DNA from: Perkinsus chesapeaki ATCC PRA-425
Taxonomy: Eukaryota > Protista > Perkinsozoa
Reading direction: 5' to 3'
DNA: 64,000 bases
Assembly: GCA_013115145.1 (NCBI GenBank)
Contig: JAAPAO010000067.1
Coordinates: 31,111 to 95,110 of the forward strand
Positions within the stretch are counted from its first letter, which is position 1, and every line of letters begins with the position of its first letter. A model generated the notes under the pieces. The model saw only the letters and a program-made list of their open reading frames with translations. It ran no database searches and had not been told where the DNA came from. Positions 48,402 to 60,600 of this stretch are shown piece by piece. Both the position numbers and the translations under genes were made by a program.

Positions 48402-51400
48402 CTAATCTATCGTATTTTGCTGCTGTTGTTGGCTGGGCTGCTGCAGCATCCCCAAATTGAGCATCTGTAGCATCTTCTTCCGTTTATACCTAAACCAATT
48501 CACCGCCGCTACACACTGGACCTCATCGACTTACTGTAATCGTTCCCGATGGATATTGTCCGGCATCGCCGTGAGAAATGACTTCGCCAATAGAGCTTCC
48601 TGATCCTCCTTAATAATAACATCGTCATCATCATCCTCCTCCTTCTGATCCTTCCCATCAAACGCCCACCTTACAAATGAGAGCCTTGCTCCGAAGCGTG
48701 TCAATAGCCGTACCTCTTCAAAGTGAGCCCTTGAAGTTCCTCATCCTGCCCGGAATCGTTCCCCGTGAGCCGCTTAAGATCAAGAAGCCCCGCGAGCGTC
48801 GCCGTCGCCGATTTTCCCGTGCTCGCGCCCTTGGTTAGCCGCTCCATCCTCTTATCGTACATGTACCTGGCCAGAATGGCATTGAATTTATTGGCGCGCG
48901 GTTTTCACTTGTCAGCCTGCAGTTCTCGGTAGTTATCTACATCAATCATCGGTAACTCTAGCGTTTGTAAATAGCGTATCTGTTGCTCCACATCGGGGAG
49001 GGACAGTGCTGTAATGGTCCTCTCAACAGCCTAGAAAGACAACAGTAATAAGATCCTATTGGGTAGTGCAATAAACTCACCCCTGCTCCTTGCACTGCTG
49101 CCAACAACTGCGCTGTTGATTGCTGGGAGCTACTGCCACCAGTACCGGCCTGAGGGTGTCAAAGAGTAAAAGGCCGTTCGGAAAATAATATAAGCCGCTC
49201 GAGGGCCATGTGTGTGTGAGTTTATAGTCCAACGACAAAAATGGCTAGACTATCCATTCTATATGCAGCTGCTCCCGGGAGAGTTTAATACCTATACTGT
49301 TTTCGTCACTGTGTCGAGGGCCATGTAATGTACAAAAAAGTTTGAAAGTTTACAAAAGTCACTCCGCCGATACCAAGACGCTAACACTTGAGGGCCGATT
49401 CGCTTACCGGTGGTACGGCAGCTAGTTGTTGACCAGTCCTCTGTAGCATCGCCTCAAACTGTGCCTGTTGTACAGCTAACTCAGCTGTCCTGAGCTGCGG
49501 TAGAGCACTCTCTGGTATTAGGTCGATGAGGCCACTGAGGGCAATGATAAATAGGAATTCCCGTACGATATGGGAAGTGTTAGAAATGTACTCTACCCTA
49601 GCGATCCTACTCGTTTTCGTATGCCGACCCACATGTCACGTTACTCTACAACTTTGCCGACGCCATGAAGCACCATCGCAATCCTTACAGAATGGGTGTC
49701 GGAGTGTCAATCCTAACAGAGTCTTCAATGGTCGGCGCCGGTGGGTCCGGCCTCGTCGCTTCGGCCTTCAACTCCGCATCATTTGCATCAGGCGCACCAC
49801 CGGCTTGGGCTTCCTCATCTGGCAAGATATAATCGTATGAAGCAGTAATACATTAACCCACATAGTGTTGACGATGGTGGTGGTGCGATTAAACGGGGAA
49901 TCCATAAATTAATAAAGTCCAAAGCCATTCAAGTGTTGTTTCTAGTACACTAATTACGAATTACAAATACAAAAGATTAAATAACATGCTCACACCAAAC
50001 CTGAGCCCAATTCCAGCGTTAGGCTCGAAAGTCGCAGAGCGATAGAGATTCGATCCACAAGAATAATTCAGCAGCTACCTGCATTTTGCTGCATCCCATG
50101 GTGTGCACTGGGATCGCTAAGCTTGAGCAACTGTAGCGTTCGCATATCTGGTCGCTTTATGCCTTGGGATAGCAGCTTCGTTGCAGTATGCTGCCCATCC
50201 ATATCATCATCATCTAAATCATGCACCACGGGAATACCAGCAACGGATATGAGTTAAATTGAAGGAGTAATTGAATACCAGGTAGAGGTTAGCAAATACA
50301 GAAAGGCGGAGGAGCGTACATATTTCAGAGTTAAATAGGCTATACTAGAACCTATACTAGGGCCCCGCCGGGAGGGAAAACACTGCGCACTATAAAGATT
50401 AGCCATAACCCAGTCTGATGTATAAACCCACCTTCATCAAGCGACACAGCCTCGTCGAGATCCTCGAGATTAATAATACCTTCCTCGACCGCCGACCGAC
50501 CCTTCTTACTCTGAAAACAAGGCCCTCTCCGGTAAGCCGCGACAACCCGACGGCGAAACGATAATATTCGAAGGCACTGCGTGACTCACCGATTTCCTCC
50601 GACCGCCTGAACCACGCCTACGATATCCACCGGCAACCAGACCTCGGAATCTCAAAGATGCGACGAAATCACCGTAAGACTTATAGCTGTACGGAGCCGG
50701 TGCCGGTAAGATACGCCTAAGCAGGCCTGGAGCGACTACGGATCGCGGTAGCACAGGCATACGTGTTGAAGTAGTTGGAGTCGAAGACTCCCAGCTCCTC
50801 CGCTAGTTCATTGCGAGCTTCAACGCCGTGGACATCCGCAACGAAGTCCTCCAGTATTGGTATGAGCATTGAACGCTTTTCTGGGTAACGCTCGAGTGCC
50901 ATCTTCAACAAGTACTCCGCCGCTGCAGCATTATTGACAACCTGATGACAACCAAAACCTTACCAAGTGCAAGATTCATATCGCATAGCAGAACCTCACA
51001 ACACTTGGCCTCCTCATTCGGAGTAGCAGTTCTAAAAACGGTTTACCCCCGTAAGGGATCTTACTGTAACACATGTTACATTAAGCCTGCCAACCTCCAC
51101 AGGTCAACCACATTTCCCTATTGTTCGATTATATACCAAACTGTCAATACAACAACTAATCCTAGCTTATTTTTCATTCCGCTAGAGGGTCGGTAATATC
51201 CAACATCACCGTCGCCACGGATCTTACTCGATACTCCAGCCGCGCCATGTCAACGATGACCTCCGCGGTCATGTGCCGAGATTTGCTAGTAAGCTTTTGG
51301 GTAAAAAGCTCTCGACACTTCTCTATACCGTACGTTCGACACTTATATCTGATAATCGTCACTGCGCCAGGAAATTCCTCACCCTTAACGGAGCCTTACC

Positions 51401-54400
51401 GTAAATAGTGGGCCAGACCGGTAGGGCAGCTTTGCTGTATCGAATCGAAGACCGATAGGAGCTCCACGTAAGCTTGCTCGGCCTCATCTACTGGACGACC
51501 GTTCTCATCTGACATAATGAAGATTGCCAGGCAAAGCGTTAATGGTCGCACAAATTTCGAAAGAGCGTTAGTCACTAGTTGTAGATCTGCAACCAATCGC
51601 AAATTCACCTACACTGGAATGTTCCCTCTGATGGACAGTTCTCACTCCATCCACAACAGCCTTGCACTATTGGTAAGAGTATAATCGATTATATATTTAA
51701 TATACAATCATAAAATAGCATATGTCAGAATGGGCGTCGTTGTGGCCCTTGAGCACTTCCGTGCAGGGCTCAGTCTTATATCCCACAGCTCCAACTCTAT
51801 CGACCTGCCTACCTCTCTTCTTCATGCCGTAGCCATTGCTCTGCTCCTCTTCAAGCACCATCGCCAATACCAGACGGAGGCATACATCATAAGGCAAGTA
51901 TTTCTGACAAACCAACCGTACAACAACGTCCATCACAACACAGTGACAACCGGTACGTTGATAGCTGTCCGTAGAGTCTCGACTGGAACCGATTCCGACG
52001 ATCTCACCAACTGCTGAAGTTGGTATGAATATTGCCACACAAAATAATCATACCAGAACTCGGCAACGTACCTAATGTTTTTCTGACACCTCTAGCTATC
52101 GGTTGCCTCTAATCCTTACGCGTTCCCCATAAGGCATTGTCGGAACACCAAATCCACTCGCGCTCGGAGGGCATCAGTGCACTCCGGCTGAGGCAACTGA
52201 ACCCAACAAACTCATCTTTAGATTTCGGCGCCGTTGGCATCATCTCCACCACAAACCTGTAAGGGATTGGACTTCTCATACAGCAGCACTTGCCGCCAGC
52301 CTTTGATATTCCTTCGGAGCTTCCGAGCTGACTCGGCTGTCAGGGGCACCGGCACGGCCAGGGGGATGATCTGAAAGTGCTCAAGTGATAAAAGCAGTCG
52401 CTGCACTGCTGCGGGAACAATGATATGGCTACGATAACTGCGACACGGGGAAAATATATAAGTCTGTTCAAATTGACCTCGTCAGAAAGGTATCAGTCTG
52501 ACTCTAATAGCATCTTATGTGTCGCCTACAAGTCATCCTTTCAAGGGCGGTAGCCTATCACCAATAGGAAGCTCTTAACACCAGAGCCTCCTCCTCCTCC
52601 TACTCACCTGGCCGTAGAGCCTAGTAAGCTCCTTATACACCTGCTTTGATGACATATATCTATTAGAGTACTCAGTTAGTAGTCTCGAACACAGTGACGG
52701 GCCGACAGGCTGAAGAAGATATGGGAAAAGTTAGGACGACAACAGCCGACTACATCCCCATAGTGACCGTGCTCCCAACCAGTGGCCACGGGCTTCTTCT
52801 TCTCACTCTTTTGCTCATGATTGTGGATAGCTTGCTCGAACTCCTGATACTCATCCCTGAGAATCTTAGCTTGAAGCAGGTAAACAACGTGAGGATATGT
52901 TATTGGACAGAAAATAGCAACAAGCTTCTCGTTCACATCAAACCGAGCTATAGGTAATCTAGCCTTCCAATCAACGACAGTCAATGACAAGCAACGTTCC
53001 TATGTAAACGAACCATGGTGGATTTGACCTTCCAATCCAGCCACCTGTTCGACACCACGGTAAACTTCACAAGACATGCCAGTTGTCCTCGCATTGCACC
53101 CTTCTTACCATAACTGATCCACAAAGTTGCTGGGCGTCGACACCGCTGTCTGGTAGTGTTGTCGAATCACCTCTACATCTGGCTGGAATGATACCTTCAC
53201 AACAAAAAAAAGCGAAAATCTTTTCACCACTCTTAGGGGCCACATTTTAACAACCCAATGAAAGCCCCTATCCGTACAACGTAGAGAATCAACACTATTT
53301 GCTTCCCCCAATATCCCTACCTGCTCCAAGTTAGCTTCCGATACCAAAGCCAGAGATATTCCTGATGGTGGCTCATCCGGCACTGGCAATTCTAACGGAG
53401 CGTCGTCTAAAGGAACAACAACGTCAATAGCAGCAGCAGGAGTAATACTCTCAATAAAGGCACTACCCTTCTTTTCCACGTCCGACACATCCTCACTAGA
53501 ATCACCTCTGGTGAGTGCATATGCCGTCTTCTGTTGATGGTTATAAAGCATCTTTAGCAGGTAACTATACAACACGCCCGTCGCTATAAAGAGGAGGAGT
53601 GCAGTCTGTGTTACCCATATTCCATCCAGAGCCTTCCCGATTCCCTATCCTGCCCCACTGCCTCCAAGGCATCACTGTACGTTGGCAAAAGCTGTGCTAA
53701 GGGCTCCGCTGCCTTAACATTAGCAAGATGCCTCTCCCATACGGCGACCTGATTGGGCAGCCATCAATGAACAACTCAACTGCGGCAAGGGCAACCATCT
53801 GCCCTCACAGAAATAAGTTTTTCGGTGTTCCTAGCGCGAAGAAGATATAATCGGAAATTTGCTAGAAAATAAATTCCTAGGCCGGAAAAAGACCAACACT
53901 ACGCCTCTTCTGGGCCTGATATCTCACGTTCCTGTATGACCCCTTAATCGGACCCACTGCAGACTTCCCGTATACATTTCCCACCCCTGCAGGAACTCTC
54001 TCCAGCTGGAAGTGCCACCGTAAAGGGAGTGGCCTGTATTCCAGGCGCGCAATAATATTATGTTCATTCGAATGGGATTTTGGTTTTCATTTGCGGACCA
54101 TGACCAATTTCCCTACAGCTACTGATACAATACGCCGATTGTCTGCTCGTAATTCCCAGCGCATCGAACTCAAAGGCATCGCGGGATCAACTTAATCATG
54201 TATTTGCAAACTGCCAAGCAACCGAAACTAGCATTATGGCATCATCCCCCTTGCGTATCACCGTATCCAATCACAATCGCTAATTTGAGTTATATAGAAT
54301 ATGCAGCATAGTAGACACGATTAGCTACCAAACGCCACCTGAGCCGGTAAGTCTCCGTCGCGGTAAGTCCGCCAAGCCCAGTAACCTCCATAGCACGAAG

Positions 54401-55701
54401 GATGCAGAACAATGGACAGTGTAACGTGTGTTTTCGTCCCCCTCCGTTCCCGAGGCACTACTATCGGACAATGCTCCGTGGCTCGTAGTGATAGAGCTGC
54501 TCTTCTCTTAGGGTCGGCTCCAACAGTCTCCGACATGTAGTCCAGATATTTGATCCAAAAGACTGCCGCTGATGGATACTTCTTTACCGCGGACTCGAAT
54601 TTGGATACTAAAAAGGAACCATGAGGAGGCACCCTGCTGACATCACCGAGAAAGTGTGCCTCTCTATCGTCTGCCCGACCAACTTGAAAATCCCTGTTTG
54701 TCAGCTTACAATTGACAGTTCTAATGTAAAACTGGCGAAATCACAAGTACAAAGGGAGAAAGCATTGTAAAAGAAATGAAGCGTTAGATCGCCGCTCGAC
54801 AGCATTCCCTTACTATTGCAACCTTATTACCTGTCGGCCGAGCATCCAACGACGCCAACAGCTTAGTGATGTCTTGCAGGCTCACCGAGGCACTAGTCCC
54901 ACTTCCTACCACTGCTGCTAACGGTGCCATTTGGACCACACGAACAAGCTGTATATCGATCTGTACCGCTCTTCGATTGCCCTTAGGAGTTGGTAGCGAA
55001 TCTCAATGGTGATTTCCTGTGCCCCATCTCACTTGAACACAATATAGCCTTTCATAGCAGACAAACAGGCATAACCTGCCATTCCGAGACCATACTCACC
55101 AGCTACTTATAACTGATCATGGCAGTATACTCAAGCACGTTGAGGAACGGGACAACACGTCCCTTCCAATAATCCAGAAGAGTTTCCAATTCGGCCCTCT
55201 GCGCCGCCGCTTCTTCGCGTCCGTTTTGGCCGTTTTGGTGGTGGTGCTCAACACACACGTAGTTAGGCATGTGTGATTGTTAACTAATGCCCTTCGTGCT
55301 GCTTCACATACGCCAGCACGGCACGCCATGGCCACTGAGCCCTTAAGGCGATGCCCTCCTGAAATTGCAACACAATACCGACAAAAACTCAATGCATTTC
55401 TAACTCCATCCGAAGGAGCGCCGCTACGCCGCCCATCGCTGTTTCGGTGAGGCGTAGAAGTAGTGTACTTGTTCACTAATGCGCTCTACCCACAGTGAAT
55501 CACATAATGGCTGCTGAGCCCAGGCCTCCCAGAACTGCAACGCAATACCGTGTTCAATTTCATGCAAGAAGCAGCAGCTGTTAAATTAACCTATCACTAC
55601 TAGAAAGCCACCAAACGGGCATGACCTATCATAACCATATTAACATGCAAATCGGTAGTACCGACGATACCAGCTTCAGACAACTGCTCCCAACAACTCA
55701 T
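48402..55701 (-). CDS. HAT-repeat RNA-processing protein, SART3/Prp24-like N-terminal region (start approximate)
   Basis: HAT-type segments FESAVKKYPSAAVFWIKYLDY...LSLRATEHCP; HYLR|YKCRTYGIEKCRELF; MARLEY. A phase-consistent exon chain runs to ...QQQQNTID* at 48402. Confidence 0.55.
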
Positions 55702-55910
55702 AGTGATATCAATAACATAATAATAAATACTACACAAACATCATAGGTCAGAGGAAGCATATACCAAAGACACCCAACCACCGGAGACCACAGTAGCGGG
55801 TCGCCGTAGTCGTATACGTCGAGCATCCTCAAGACCACATACGTTCAGCCAAGAACAAGCAGCAGCAGCAGCCATGCATTAGCAATTCGAGGTGCTTCAA
55901 GGAACAGCCA

Positions 55911-57301
55911 TCATATACTATCCAGAGTATCTCTAACATACTTGTCAAAATCAAAGTCAATTCCGCTCAGACCAACACCATCGTTGTAATAACCATTACT
56001 GCTGACAGCGGTGCTGCTGTCGTCGCGCGAAGATGACACACAAGACGAGACCGGGCTGGATTCGATGAGACCAGAATGTTCCTTAACAAATGGTGCAACA
56101 ACAATAGGCACACCTGATGATGACCAGCCGGTGATGATGACAGCCGCGCGCCCCGGTGATCTATTTACCTTCCACGTCGATCGTACCTCCGCCCAGGTTG
56201 TTGATGGCGATAATAGCCTGCACTTCGTAGGAGTCTAATAATACATCGTCAGCGGACTCGAAATATTACGTCACGCGCCACGAAATTACTTTCAGCGATA
56301 ACGAAGCCCATATTAGCCGGGCGCTTCCGCTCCCTGTTGGGCTTGACCGATGGCGCGCGGTCACTCGGTGCATCCGGAGCAGTACTGGCGACAACCTGCG
56401 GGAAAATCGAGCAAACTGGATCCGTCAGCCTCCATACCATAACCCGGCGAATCTGCATTCCGAGGTCCTCCTTGAAAAAGTTATATAAAATGTCAGGAGA
56501 ATCATAACCCAATCGCTGAATTCGTCTCACTATGAAGACCTGTCCGTCTGGCTGATTGTGCCTGATCAGAAAGGAAGCTCTATCCGACCTGTTATGTATC
56601 TTGCAAGGTAGAGCTCAAGATACTCTCGTACGTGTATGATAGTATATCCCTAAGCGATGCAGTGACATTGCCTCCATCGTTTTCCTCCTGTCATCAAACA
56701 ATCACCCCAAACTCGCATTTGTCAGTATTACCGGCTTCGGCAGTGTAACACAGGCCGGTACTGTCGCCACCGGTGCAGCTGCAGCAGCAGCACTCTGGCG
56801 TGTTACCGGAGCTCGGGGAGGTGGGGGCGGTGGCACTGGAAAAGTTATAAGGCAGGGAAATGGTTATATAAATGAGGAAGTGGAGGCATAAAAATAATAT
56901 ATAAATGTGATGAGGAAGTGGAGGCATAAAAATAATATATAAATGCGACGAAACCGTCGGGAGTAACAATTGCCATTGATACGTTGATTGCGAGCATAGC
57001 CCCCACAACAACAACAACACAATGATAAAAGTCACCGACCAGGCACCATCCATCAACACAGTCATGCCTACCTTCCTTTCGCCCCCAACACTTCCCTGGG
57101 CAATGCGAGCTGCTCGGTGATGTCGTCGGGTACTGCAATGGAGATAGAATGACAATAAATGACACACACTCTTCTTACATATGCTCCAAGCCGTTTAGGT
57201 TGGTTTGTCTTCGCAATAGTATTATTGCTATCTGCGGTTTTGGTAGCTGACACTGAGCTCTCATCAGTAGACCGCAGACGCAGGGCTTGGGCGCGGTACA
57301 T
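55911..57301 (-). CDS. Hypothetical RRM-like protein (multi-exon)
   Basis: MYRAQALRLRS start; IQRLGYDSPDILYNFFKEDLG...NMGFVIAES resembles RNP2/RNP1 spacing; ends DFDKYVRDTLDSI*. Confidence 0.45.
56872..56945. repeat. Two-copy ~38-nt direct repeat (intronic)
   Basis: ATGAGGAAGTGGAGGCATAAAAATAATATATAAATG at 56872 and 56910. Confidence 0.9.
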
Positions 57302-57613
57302 GTTAACTAATAATGAGGTAAATACTACTGAAGGAGGAGATGGATTCTGTAAGAGCTCCCGTATGAAATAATTAAAAGCAGTTGAAGCAGCTTGACAATG
57401 ATAACTGTAATAATAATATCAAACAAAGGTAACCTTAGTAATATATAAAGCATCGAAAATCAACAGCATTTCGATAAGAGATATAAGCGAGGGGTCTCGG
57501 ATAGCCAACAAGAGGAGGTACACCATTCCTCGGTATTAATCCTACTCACTAAACAGAAAGTCTCTCCATGAAACAAGTAAAACCATAAAATCATGACAAC
57601 TTCGTCAACATCA

Positions 57614-60600
57614 TCACGACGCCTTCGTGGCCTTCTTCGGCGTGACCTTCTTCGGCTTTGTAACTTCGTCTAGCTTCTTAACTCTCCTACATTACAAAAA
57701 CCTTCAACAGTCTCAGCTAGCGGCCAACTTCTACTAATTACTAAAGATTCATCTACACTGACGGACAAGGGATCAAGAACGGTTCCTAATGCCTTGATTC
57801 AACAACAGCAGTTACGAGATATATTTCTACCAGCTGCTCAACATGTGCCCCCCGAGGCCCAACTGCCAATAGTAGCTCGCTGGATTAACAACAAGTGGTT
57901 CTGTCAAGTAGTGATTCTCGTAGATTAAGCAGTCAGAACTACCCAAAGATTTCTCTTAGTAAGTATAGTCACCGACTTCTCAAATAAATGATATAAACAA
58001 TAGTATACCTATACGTATATGTAATATATATGACAATTGTATACAGTACTTATATTGAGTCCAACAAATAACGAGATGCGGAAGCCAACTGGTCACAATA
58101 CCAGCACCCTCCGCAACTCACTCAAGAATGCCCTGACCATCACATGTACCCAACATAAGCTCACTGGTCCTTGGCATCATACCCCTCTTCATTAGCTCAC
58201 CACAGGCTACAGCCACTGGATCAGATCCTACTGTTGCCACTGCAAGGATATGGTCACCCTAAACGACAACTATACGTTAAACAAAGGGCCATCATAATAG
58301 TTAATTGCGAATGAGCAGTAATATACACCGTTGAGGTCTACAAGGTGGAATGCTCAAAATTTTGCCATAGGTAGTATAATTATAAAAAAAACGCTTCGCT
58401 CCGCCCGTTACTTACTCTGCAATAATACGCTATAAACCTACTCTCCTTGAAATCGCCCTCAATAATAACATTATCGAAAAAATTTGACCCGTCCTTTCCA
58501 CCGGTGCTGCCAACGTACCGCAGCGACTTGCCGAAAATCATAGTCCAAAAATAAGGAACAGTTGTATACCTACACCTGGACCATCAAAAAATACCGCGCG
58601 CCACGAAACTCACGGTTTGAATTTGCCAGCCATATTTGCGCCTGCCACTCTCCCCATTTGCAAAGCCACGTCCCAATGCTCCACTCTCAGGGGTTCACCT
58701 GAAAAGATACCTCTAAAAGATACCCAAGAAGAAAAATCTTACCAGTGCGCACATCCGGGTATCTTGCCACATCTCCTGCAGCATACAATGTGTTGCTGAA
58801 CGTGCCGTCAGCCAGCTGCACCCCCAAAAACGGATCGGTGGGGAGTGAGCCGTCGGCCTGAAACCGAAATCCAAGCGCGCTTCTCTCAAGCCCGCAGACC
58901 CTACCGCTCGCTGAACTCCAGTGAGCTGGGATGTGTTAGGAACTGCTCCAGTGCCCATGATGACAGCATCAGCAAATAGCAGGTCACCATCGTCAAGCTC
59001 GACACCATTCACGAGAGTGTCCTCATTATAAGCTGATGAATAACCGCGCAGAGTAAATCTCGCTCGCCCCAAAATGATGAAACGGCGAACGGAGGGAAAT
59101 GGAGGATTTTGGTAAGGACTGATAAAAGTGGGTTAGATAGAGACCCATACTGATGGATAGGTCCATAAAGAGGCACTATACCGCACGTTGGCAGTTTTTT
59201 AGCGGCAACCAAGCAGAACTGACAGCGGAATTGGTAAGTATCCACGCTTGGTATCCGAACGACCCTCGGTTCTATTCCCCCTACATCCATGCTCCATCGC
59301 CTCTGACCTCAACAACTTAACTGTCGTACCACCAATGAACTGGATATGCCTAAAACGACACAGACACTCCTTCTCGAACCCCTTCAGCCACAATATCGCA
59401 CCAGGGAAAACAACCAACACCACAGAACCCTTGACGAACATACGGTGCGAACAGTGACAGTGCACTAGATGTTCCCTGTCAGAATACATTTTGCCTATCA
59501 CTCACATTAGCATTTCATGTCCTTCGGTTGATGATCTAGGATCACAACACGTTTTTCTACCATACAACTTTCCATTCAAATTCTTACCACATTTTGCTCA
59601 TCGTAATGTGAAATATTTAATATCGACTTCCCCAACAAACACACTGTAGAATAATACTACGCAAAGTGTCGCAATATGTACTAATACCAATCGGATAATA
59701 GTGTAAACGTTAGCGTTACTACTATTACAGTCTATAAAACCGTTAAGCACCAGCACTGTATTATATAGTAGCACTATTATTGTTCTACTTCATTACACTC
59801 TACTGCTACCATAGCATTATAGTAGTGCACGATACTGTAACTACCGTTGATACCGTATAATAGTACTTCGCTCGCTCCACAATAATAATTATACAGTGGC
59901 CCAGCTCACCACGTTACCTCTCTGCCAACATATGGGCGAAGTATGCCCCAACCTTCTTTCCTAGCACTCTTTGAAATGGCACTGTTTCCCGTCCTAAATA
60001 CATATCTTACACAACACCATCACATTCATCACCTCCTCCTACCCACTACTGTAACATCCACACCCATACTCACTAAAGCACTTGCCATCTCCATGCCGAT
60101 AAAGCCGGAGCCAACCAGAACTACCTGAATAGTATCCAGAACTGAACATACTACGAAAGGGGACAAGTTGCACAACACTAATACATATAAGGGGGTTGAG
60201 AAATACAAGGCCACTACAGTTCACTGTGAAAAAGCGGTCCATTGTGTTAATATGCGAGTATAAATAAGTGAAGACGATGGACCGAAAGGTCTAACTTAGA
60301 TCACCGTTGTCCAATCTTTTGCATGTCGTTCTGGGCCAGCTAGCTCTTCTGGTCGAAGTGCCACATCAGCATTATTTTCAAACGCACCCCCCAAGCCAAC
60401 TTGACCAACGACCACGACACCCAACGAACTTCTGACCAAGCTCCCCTTTATTACCCTTTGCCCGGCCTCTGCGTACTCCGTGATGGCATGAGCATCATCT
60501 GGCGACCTCAGGCAAAACACATTCCTACACCATTTATTTTCCAACCTCTCTCTGCCGCCGTCCTACTTGGCGTGCAATCCAGGAATATATGCTTTCCTCG

